This document shows, piece by piece, positions 39,001 to 48,200 of a stretch of 64,000 nucleotides of DNA. The position numbers were made by a program, and so were the translations under genes. Source of the stretch: Yuukianura sp. NJ FZ-2021 (taxonomy: Eukaryota); the NCBI GenBank assembly GCA_046563655.1, contig CM102286.1, positions 12,710,001 through 12,774,000 on the forward strand, given 5' to 3'. Positions within the stretch are counted from its first letter, which is position 1. Each line of letters begins with the position of its first letter. A model generated the notes under the pieces. It made no database searches. It was not told the DNA's origin and saw only the letters and a list, made by a program, of their open reading frames with translations.

Positions 39001-39585
39001 GAGAAAGCGAGAGAAAAAGAAAGGCGTTTATTCTAGTTTAGCCTAACAAAAGAACTTACTCCACTTTGTCCCACTTTCACCCAAATTAACTCAAAAAATT
39101 CCTTTTAAAATGCAACGAAGCAAACAACACACAAACATATCGTAGTTGTGGTTCAAAGCTCTAACGTTCTCAAGAACAAAAATTTCTTGAAATCTTCTAC
39201 GCCCGCAATGTAATCGATCTCTCTCAAAACTGCAATCTTTAAGATGAAAGGAAAATTGGAACGAAATTCTTTCCAAACTTCTTCAATAAATCCAGTCCCA
39301 TGTCATACCAGGCACGTCCTTTGCAAAAACCATGACACAAAGTTACACAATCGTTTTCCTTTTTATAAAAGATGACATGCACTTGATATCAGATATTTCT
39401 TTCACCGGAACTCTCTGATATGCAACAAGTGACTTTTGACATATCAAGTCAGTCTCAAAGTTTTTTAATTTTACAATTTCCTCAACCATCAAGAAAAGAG
39501 AAAGTTCTAACTTTATGGGGGACTAAAAATTTTCGAAAACTTTGTTTTCCCATTCTCTAAACTTTTTGGACTCAACTAATCTCAC

Positions 39586-39702
39586 CTGATGCCCATTACA
39601 ATCGATCGCATTCAAATCTTCAAATCCCTCCTCCATCACTTCATCTTCCAGGATAATTCCAAGATCTCTTTTTCGTGTTACTGGAGACACTTCTGTTGCC
39701 AT
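39586..39702 (-). CDS. Candidate short alternative first coding exon MATEVSPVTRKRDLGIILEDEVMEEGFEDLNAIDCNGHQ (39 aa)
   Basis: aacaATGG start context, upstream in-frame TAA, 117-nt open frame, phase-0 donor CAG|gtgaga. Confidence 0.45.
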
Positions 39703-41146
39703 TGTTAGCCCACTAACTTAACTCAAAAAGTGATTCGCAGATGCTTCCAGCAGTCCAAGTCTAAGTTTCCTTGTGAGACAAAGGGATCATGGCCCTGGGC
39801 CCTTACAAAACGAACTTTCTTCCCACTTATGCTAGAGTGCACAACAACAAATAGGTTGAGTTTCTGCTAACCTTTTAGGCAAAATCTAACCTAAACCAGG
39901 GAGCAATTGGCAAAAACAGAGTTTGCCTCAAGACGTGGAAGAGCTAATTGCCAATTAGATTAATTAAGATCCATCCCTAGAGCTTTAAATAATTGACTCG
40001 ACTTTGCCTTGTCAACATCCATTCCCTTCTCCTTGGTGCGGAGCTAACTTCGAAAGACTCAAAACTTTTTTTTCACCCGGGCATCTTTTGACACTCCTTT
40101 TTAAAACTTTTCTGATTTTCAATCTTTTACTAATTGAGCAACTTTTGTTTAGCGAAAACCACTTTTTGAGCTCACTTCCTTTCAGTAAAATGTCAAGGCC
40201 GTCAAGGTCTAGAAGTTTGGAAAAAATTTGTGGTTTGAAATTAATACAAGGAAGGAGCGCCGATAATAAAAAGTCCTAATTTGCCAACCTAACAAGATGA
40301 AGGTCACTTATCCAATTTGCACAGCTGAATTGAGGAAACTATAACCTAGCCTAAACAATTTACAGTTAACTTACAATGCCATTCTACAATGTCGCTGAAC
40401 GTCAAAAAAGTTCAAATAGCGTCATTCAACTCAAGCGAAAGTCATTAGGTCTGCTGCAGTGAGCAGAAATTGAGTACAAAACGTTGCAAAATCTCGCAAT
40501 TTTCTAGAAATGCAGTGGTTGGCTTCAAATGAGGGACGTAATAGCAGCGGAATCTATTGGTTGAATTTAGCAAAACGAATCCTATCTTCGTTCTCTGCAA
40601 AAATGACATGGTCAAACCGTCCTTGGCGATCAGTGTAGCAATTACTGACAAAGTTTCAGTGTAATGCCATATCATTTCCAGTTGGCTGCTTTCTAAATCA
40701 AAAGCTGACCAGAGAGAAAGTAATGAAGCGTCAAGGTTCCCATAATAGCAATCCCTCCGCCCTATCCCGCCTTCCTTCAAAAAAAGAACGAAAGTTGCTG
40801 ACATCTTTCCCAATTAATTGACTTAGAAAGTTAGTGAAACAGAAGTTTCTATGGCTGAAGGCTGGGCGACGGCTCAAGGCTACTTAGTCCTGCATCCAGC
40901 ATCCAGTTAAGATGAGTTGCTCAAGATCAAAGGGCTCCCTTTGCCCTTTCAGACAGACAGGCTCTTTCACTGTCTCAACCTTTCAAATACTTCTTTTTTT
41001 CGTCAAAGTTTGGTCAGACTCAATTTCCAGAATTAAAACAAAGTTCCCTCAAACGGAACCTCACCTCACTATTTCTTGAAAAAACAAATGGCTGAGCGCG
41101 CGATCACCCCACAAGGTCAAATAATAAATAAAAAGTTCAAGCTTAC

Positions 41147-43187
41147 CTGAAGTGTAGAGCAGATTCGATTTACAGACCAGAGCCACTTCTCCTTGGACGT
41201 CATGCCTTGTGTATGTCTCTCCGGAACATTTTTTGGTGGCTCTTCGTCAAATGATACTGTTTTGGGGCCCTTATCTTTCCCTGGAACGTCTAACGATGCC
41301 TTCCTCTCTGATACTGATTCTTCATCGATGCTCACTTGTTGTGATTCTAGTTTTTGATGATCTGGAGGTGGAGATGTTGGCGGAAGCGTCTCACCTAGTG
41401 AGTCAACGGAGACGCTCGAATGTTTTCTCATGAAAGGGTGTTGAATTTCATCTTCGTCGTAGTCTCCCAAGTACTCTTGGTCTGCCACGTCAATTGAGCC
41501 TTCCGTTGTTTCTTGACGACTTAGCTCTCGTCTGACCTGACTGCCCTTCTTTTTTGGGGTCCAGTCGTCTGTATGGTCCAGGGAACTTCGGATACTTGCT
41601 CGCCCGCCAGACATCCATTCAGCTTCACTCTCCCTTCTACTTGTCACGCCTTTTTCCCCAGCTCCGCTAATCGACGATGCTGGCGGTGAAAACGGGCCTT
41701 CGTCGATTGATTCCAGTCGCTGGAGCGGTTGTTGGATTTGTTCAGGCACATCGAATGACCCGTACCCATTTGTGTAGTAATCCTGTGAATCCTGAGAGCA
41801 CATCGTGGCTTGTTCAGCAATTCGTTCCCTTTGACGCTGCCAGTATTGAGCTTCAAACTTTTCGTTGGCATCTCTGTCTCGAGTTCCAGGCTCAGAAGTG
41901 TTTGATTCCAAGGAGTCCATGTGTACCGGGCCTTCGCTATTGTTGCCTTCGGCAGCAGTTGATTGTTGGTCCATAGCCTCGTCATAGTGGTCGTATGCAT
42001 CTGTAGCAATAGTTTCTCCTTCCGCGTCGGCATATTCTTGACTTGTCCATGCACTGCCGTAGGCATCAGCATACATAGTACTTTGAGAATCGATTGTTTC
42101 TTGTTGTTTGAAGTTCGCTTTATTCCCTTTGATCGTTTCTGGAATTGGCTCAGGGGGTGCTTCTGATGATCCACCTTCCAATCCATAATCTCTGGTTGAG
42201 GTTTGCCTTCGGAAACCACGTCTGCGCAGAACGGAGTTGGCACGTTCGAGAAATCCCTCTCCTTTGGAAGGCTGATCAAAGGATGAGGATAAGTTATCTG
42301 TGCTGGCGTAAGCGTAGTTATACTCAACACTCGGCTGTGACTGAAAGCTCTGCTGCCGACTTCCTGCCGGAGGATAAGCAGAGTCCCTTACATCCGTGAA
42401 TTCTGCTGGATGATGACTACCGGTCTCCTCTGCATCTTGACCATAGTAGTAAGAATCGTCAAAGCTTTGTTGTACAGCGTCGTCGTAACTGTATTCCTGG
42501 GAGTATTGCGGTTGTACTTGTGCTGGGGCGGTAGCCTTCTGGTTAGCCCTTGTTCCGTAGTAGTTGGTGTCATCGTAGTTCAATTGTGAGGATTTTTCGG
42601 GTATATGAGTTTGTTGTGTGTCCGGCTGATCGTAGTAGTTGTAGCTGCCCGACGTGACGGGCGCAGTTTCTGTCGGGACAAAATTGCCACTCTCATCGTA
42701 GTACCCGTTGTAAGGAACGAAATTTCCGCTTTCGTCGTAGTAGCCATTTGTAAAATCCCAATTCTCATAGTCAAATCTCTCGTCCTCGTATTGAGATTGG
42801 CCGAGGTTGTCTGTGATTTGAGGTACGACTTGATCTGTATTGGGATAAGTGTAGGTTTGGGGAGAGTGACCATATCCTGTAGCATTAGAAGTCGCTGTCC
42901 CTGAATTGGAGTAAACGGATTGATTCTGGGGAGTTGAAGCGTTTGCTTGAGTTTTGTTTAAGGTTGTTCCGGAGGACATGGTTGGTGACGGATGGGTTGA
43001 AATTGAAGGAAAAACTGAAGCAATTGTTTTCTTGAGACTATTTAGGCCAAATTGTTGCTGGAAGGTTGGTTTTTCTGGTTGGTTCTGTTGTGTAGGAGGC
43101 GGATAAGGTTGAGAGTATTCTATTGTAGGCGGAGGAGGACCGTGGTCCCTCGGAGTGGTAGCGGGATACCAGGAATCGTAGGTGTAG
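41147..43187 (-). CDS. unc-13: Large (2041 nt) acidic, Tyr/Gln/Ser-rich exon ending in the calmodulin-binding motif KEKWLWSVNRICSTLQ
   Basis: gtttcag|C TAC ACC... runs in frame into ORF 41117..42979; donor CTT CAG|gtaagc (phase 0). The C-terminal motif resembles Munc13-1 KANWLRAFNKVRMQLQ. Confidence 0.92.
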
Positions 43188-43315
43188 CTGAAACAACATT
43201 CGAAAATTAGTATAACATCAACCCCGAGGATTTCATAATTTTTTAAGGAACTGATTTCAAGAACCTTGTTAAATTAATATTTCTTTTTCAAAAGATTCAA
43301 GTTGTGTAAAATCAC

Positions 43316-43432
43316 CTTTCCTGGCCTTGGGCTTGACTTTGGGCTGGGATATTGGCGGTGCTCCTCCTGGTATTGTCTACGTAGTCATTGGCAGGAGTTT
43401 CTTGATTGTATTTTGGATCGACGTAGTTAGTG
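43316..43432 (-). CDS. unc-13: 117-nt exon TNYVDPKYNQETPANDYVDNTRRSTANIPAQSQAQGQE
   Basis: tttttacag|C ACT...GAA AG|gtgatt; phase 2-2, open frame. Confidence 0.78.
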
Positions 43433-43792
43433 CTGTAAAAACGAAAAGAAATTGTCAAATGTCAATTACGAACTTCAAATGATTTTAGAAAGAAGCGCGT
43501 GCTGCGAATGCAGTTCCTTTTTAACTCAAAATATTTTTAGAATCCAACGCCGAGTTTGAAAATTGCATTAAAAATGCTTCTTTAGTTGAGCAGGATGCGC
43601 TTGGAGGAAACGAAATAAAGTACTACGTAAAGAAATGAAAGCTTTCACAAAATTTGGTTTCAAAAATTGTGTAAAAGTGAAGCTTCAAACAGAAATATTT
43701 TTGAATATATTGAACACTACGGACATCTTTATCCAGAAAGAAAAAATATTACCCACCACAAAAAGCCGTGTTCCGAAATGAAATTACTATAC

Positions 43793-44063
43793 CTGTTGTA
43801 CTCATCAGAAATCGGAGGATGGTAATAAGGTTCTGGTTGTGCTGAATCGTAAGCATCACGATGAAGGTGCGGAGTGGAACGATGACGCTGAGTACCGTAC
43901 TGATCACCTCGCAAAGTCGTACTGGCAGCATATCCAGCAACTTGCTGATTCCCATCATCCGACTTCCAATAGCCTTTATTCGTTTCTTCATAATCTTCAA
44001 GATCCTCATCCGCATACATCGTGTCCTGCCGTTCCAGACTCGACGCCTTCCTTCGGAACGGCT
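43793..44063 (-). CDS. unc-13: 271-nt exon KPFRRKASSLERQDTMYADED...PPISDEYN
   Basis: attcag|AG CCG TTC...AAC AG|gtatag; phase 1-2; lies within ORF 43729..44085. Confidence 0.82.
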
Positions 44064-44161
44064 CTGAATAATAATTTAAACCCATTATTAAGTAAACTGG
44101 CGCTTGGAAAACAATAATTATTCATGTCAAGGTCTTAAATCCGTTGAAAAATGTGTCTTAC

Positions 44162-44247
44162 TTCGACGTATAGGATGAGGCTGGTGAAACTCTTCTGCGT
44201 CATTGTAGTCATCGTATTCAGCCTCGTGCGGATGCGAGTAACCGTAA
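44162..44247 (-). CDS. unc-13: 86-nt exon YGYSHPHEAEYDDYNDAEEFHQPHPIRR
   Basis: ctttctag|T TAC...CGA A|gtaaga; phase 2-1 links both neighbouring exons. Confidence 0.8.
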
Positions 44248-44325
44248 CTAGAAAGATGTTGCCTGGGATTAAATCTACTTAAGAAAAGTAATTAAAAACA
44301 AAATGCATCCGTTCCTTGTCCTTAC

Positions 44326-44358
44326 CCGTTATCATACGAATCTGCTCGGTAATTTGAC
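44326..44358 (-). CDS. unc-13: 33-nt exon (K)SNYRADSYDN(G)
   Basis: tttccag|G TCA...AAC GG|gtaagg; phase 2-2, open frame. Confidence 0.78.
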
Positions 44359-44447
44359 CTGGAAATCAAATTAAAACGTCTTCCGTAGTAAACTAATTCA
44401 ATGTCAACGTCAACGCCTAAATCCCAAATGACCTTACAAAACCTTAC

Positions 44448-44787
44448 TTGTGTGAAGGTTTGGTAAATTGTGGACGACTGTTGTAGTACATAGGATCAGT
44501 CTCAAAGTTCCTTGAGTCATTAGTCGTATCATAACCGTGCGTCGTCGGAGGATTAATTACAGGGAGAAGGCGGGCGGGCGCGGCTCTTGGTGACACGGGA
44601 TAGACACTTCCTTTCTTCCGCTGCATCTCATGGTCATCCGTTTCATATGAATTTTCTCGCGTAGAATTGAGTGACCTTGTGATTTGATTATTGGCGGCTG
44701 AGAGATACTGGGAAGCTGAGGAATTAGGATGTTGCCCCACGGGGTAATTGACGTCAGAAGTGTAGTCGCTGTCCTCTGATACGCCGG
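44448..44787 (-). CDS. unc-13: Exon with the GVSEDSDYTSDVNYP motif, 340 nt
   Basis: ttgtttcag|CC GGC GTA TCA GAG GAC AGC GAC TAC...CAC AA|gtaagg. The DSDY motif is characteristic of the Unc13 N-terminal region. Confidence 0.9.
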
Positions 44788-45318
44788 CTGAAACAAAAGA
44801 ACAAACGAAGCCAAAGCCAAAGTAAATTAAATCTTCAAGGTCAGTTTCGCTCTTTAAATGTCAAAAAGGAGAGGCAATAATCGTATATTCAATTCCTCCA
44901 AATAATTTATTTCCAATGACGTCTAAAATGTAAAATGTGAGCGAAAATGCCGCTTTCTTCGCCTTTCTAATGCATAAGGGAATATAATTATAGGTGAAAG
45001 GATTTTCATTAATCTTCAATGACATAGAATCAAAGAATTTTGTCGTACTAAATCGCTCTGCTTTAGTAATTCGTAGTCTAACCGCTCGATTCACATTACT
45101 TTCTCCACTACTTTTTGAATTAAATATTTCTTATTGATGTATAAATGTGTTGACCTTTAGTATTTCAACATCATCAAAAGCTGTTGCTTACTCCGTTTAA
45201 GCGAAAGAAAGGAAAATACGTTATGTTAAGTGTGGCATCAAAATGTCAAGGTCAGGACGTTATTACCAGAAACTAAATTGGTTGTCTTGAAGGAAATCAT
45301 AAATGTACTCACACTCAC

Positions 45319-45438
45319 TTTGGATGTAGTATTGCTGCTGTCTTCGAGATTGTTCCGCACGAGCTTCTTGGTCTAGCATAGAATTGAGCATTTCTAATTT
45401 CCATTGCAGTTCTACAGCTTCATCCCCCTCGACGTCGC
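45319..45438 (-). CDS. unc-13: Post-C2A exon GDVEGDEAVELQWKLEMLNSMLDQEARAEQSRRQQQYYIQ, 120 nt
   Basis: ttttctag|GC...CAA A|gtgagt; a second in-frame gtgagt donor lies 6 nt further on. Confidence 0.9.
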
Positions 45439-45704
45439 CTAGAAAATGAAAAATGTCAGATCCATTACTTTGGTGTCTTCGCCCACTCGAGTAATCTCGC
45501 AATCTTCCTGTCCTAACTTTCACAATCAAGATCAACCTAAATAACTTCTTCCTCCTCCAGATCCACTCCACTCCAGAGTGGAGAAAGACCAGAATCGGTA
45601 ATTAAGATACATAGTTCTAGTTCAGTCTGATACGTATCAGCATCTTCGTCATGATCTTTATAGTAAGTATTGAGCGACTTCGCTAGAAAGGTTCAACAGC
45701 TTAC

Positions 45705-45828
45705 CTAATGGAAGCTCAAATCTGGCATCAACCAGTAGGACGTGACCGGTAGGCGACTTCGTTCCTACGACTTCTCCATCCCGCATTACCAACTCCGCAT
45801 CAAGAGATAACCATTGACCCGCACCAGC
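45705..45828 (-). CDS. unc-13: C2A exon [41 protein letters not shown], 124 nt
   Basis: ttgtag|GCT...TTA G|gtaagc; WLxLD and RFELP motifs at the end of Munc13 C2A. Confidence 0.96.
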
Positions 45829-45906
45829 CTACAATAAAAATTAAAATTGCAACTTTCAAACTAGTCTTTCTTTTCTTAAAAAGCGTGTTTTTGCAACAAC
45901 TCTCAC

Positions 45907-46024
45907 CACGTTTGAGCAATGGATGTCACTTAAGTACAGATAGTGATATCCGATCACGTTGTCCCAGAACCTCCCTTTGTTCCATACTTCTATCAGAAGT
46001 CCTACGTCCAAATTATTCAGCTCA
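45907..46024 (-). CDS. unc-13: C2A exon ELNNLDVGLLIEVWNKGRFWDNVIGYHYLYLSDIHCSNV, 118 nt
   Basis: ttttcag|T GAG...AAC GTG|gtgaga; contains the EVWNKG..WD C2A motif. Confidence 0.96.
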
Positions 46025-46245
46025 CTGAAAAAAAACACAGAAAGAAAAGTTTTATGCTCAATTTGTTATGCCAGAACCACGTGTTGCTCCAGGGAGAAAA
46101 CTGACAGACAATGTAAGCACTACTGACAAGGATCTGTTCGTTATCGTTATGCCGGTAGTCTTTTCTCCTCTGGAGTAACTTTCCAAACTAATCAAATTAC
46201 CCGAGGGATGTTTTTAGGATTACTTTAGAAGGTTTATAAACTTAC

Positions 46246-46348
46246 AATAGAAAATCTTGTTCCCAACTAGGATTTGAGCCCTTGACGACAACCGTGGTAG
46301 ATTTTACACTCTGTAGCTTGAGAGTAGCATAGGAACTCCATTGTGATG
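46246..46348 (-). CDS. unc-13: C2A exon [35 protein letters not shown], 103 nt
   Basis: tttttcag|...|gtaagt; strong similarity to Munc13 TLKVQNVKSTT...PSWEQDF. Confidence 0.96.
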
Positions 46349-46609
46349 CTGAAAAATATATGAACAAAGAAAGAAAGCAGGTCCATTAGCAAAGAGGAAC
46401 ATAAATTCGTGGGAATTTGAGACACTTGATCCCTCCCAAGTAAAGAATGTTGGTAAAGTACGTTATCATTGAACTGGACGGGCTTAAGTACTGGATTAGT
46501 GGCGGGAGGAGCGCTTATAGTCGTCTTGACAGTACTTTGCCTGCCAGCCGTTGTGGATCTTTCGTTTTAACGTCTACTGGTAAACAGATTCCAGGAAAAG
46601 AATGCTTAC

Positions 46610-46639
46610 CTTGAGATCCAACAAACCGAGCCTTTTTAA
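46610..46639 (-). CDS. unc-13: C2A exon (V)KKARFVGSQ, 30 nt
   Basis: tttgcag|TT AAA AAG GCT CGG TTT GTT GGA TCT CAA G|gtaagc; phase 1-1. Confidence 0.95.
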
Positions 46640-48178
46640 CTGCAAATAGACAAAGAAAGTTGGTATTTAGTATTAGTTTTTCCAGAAAACCGAGGAATTT
46701 GCCGTTAGAATACTGGCCTTAACTATTACCCTGGAGCTGCGCTCTGTTGCTTTGATGCCTAAAAGGGAAAGTTCAAAGGATAAAAGATGGCGAACACAAA
46801 CAGAAACGGGGTCTACGGGAAACACATAGTACTATCGGATCGGATAAGATTGAGATTCCAGCAACGTCGATTCCAGAAAAGAACGGAGATCAAAACGCGA
46901 AAGAATTTTGAAACTGACCTTGGCTTAGCTTTTGATCTTTCAAAAGAGAAAAAACGGCAGAAACACTTACTACACCAACATTACAAAATGACAGGCATGA
47001 CGTCGTAGTAGTTACGTAACCCACCAACCACTAACCAAAAAGAAAACGGTAACTGGTAAACATTGAATGATGTTAGATACCAATCTAATTTTCTAATACA
47101 GATCTAATTTTCGATACTTCTGCTTCACACCCACACACCCTTCAATATGATAAAACCATGACACCTATTGTACTGGAACAAACCAGTACCAGGATACTTT
47201 AGGAGCCAGCAGATACTTGTCAAAAGGAAATAAACTGGTGACTCGAGGCGTATTTAGTGTGGGCGACTTCCGTTTCAGTTCCCTTTAGGACATCCGTCAG
47301 TGGGTGTCGAGTTGACATAACAAGAATAGAGACAAAATCAAAAGTGATCCTGACCTGATAACCTTGGACGTTGAGTTGTGTCATCCTGGATGTTGATGAT
47401 GAAGTTAGTCACTGAAGAATCACTGATTAACCAATTAAGTTAACAATGGAAGAGGGAGAGACGAGAGTGACACATTGTTGACAAGACTGGAGATGAGAGT
47501 AAACAAAGACAAAGGACAGTCTACACAGGAAAGAGGGAGACGAGAAGAGACAAAGGGACGCCATGCCAGAGGGAGAAAAGGAGGGAGAAAAAAACGATGA
47601 TAACGAAAGAGACGCGACGCCATGAAAAAGGGAAGGAGGGGCAAGATGAGACGAAAACGTTTCTTATGCGAACGATCTGAAAACGTTTGTGGTCCTACTT
47701 GCCGCTTAAATTATTAATTTAAAAAATATATTAATTAATAACGTTTACATGCTAGTGGTAAAGTTTATATATACTTAAATAGCACATATTATGTTATTAT
47801 GACTTATTATAGTGTTTGCAGCATCTTGTAAACTTAATACTGTTTATTATAACAAAACTTGCATCCAGTTAATTGTTAAATTAAAGAAATTCTAATTAGT
47901 AAGTTATAAGTTGTTCCCGGTTTTGAAAATTATTAGTTATAAAGTTGATAACTACAATTGGTTAATTAACCTTGCACTAACAAAAGTTGCCGAGCATTAA
48001 CGCCGCGTAAGGAAAATCAGCTATACACTGTTACCATTCCCAACTTGTCATTATCGAGATAAACTAAACTTAAAACGTTCCGTACTTGCCGATTGAGGGA
48101 TTTGTGAAAAAATTGTCGAAGTTCAGTTTTTGACACGACGTTTTATGAATGGTTTAAATAAATAACGATTTAACTTAC

Positions 48179-48200
48179 CAGTGAAGCTAAGTAAGGACAT
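48179..48200 (-). CDS. unc-13: First coding exon of the C2A-containing isoform (MSLLSFT+G, 22 nt); the exon probably extends 5' as UTR to an acceptor at 48254
   Basis: ATG TCC TTA CTT AGC TTC ACT G|gtaagt resembles Munc13 MSLLCVG. Upstream sequence has a CTAAC branch point and tgcag acceptor. Confidence 0.9.

Noticed and set aside
41209..42904. Overlapping ORFs, including the 228-aa ORF 41644..42330
   Set aside because: Alternative-frame or antisense shadows of the 2041-nt unc-13 exon
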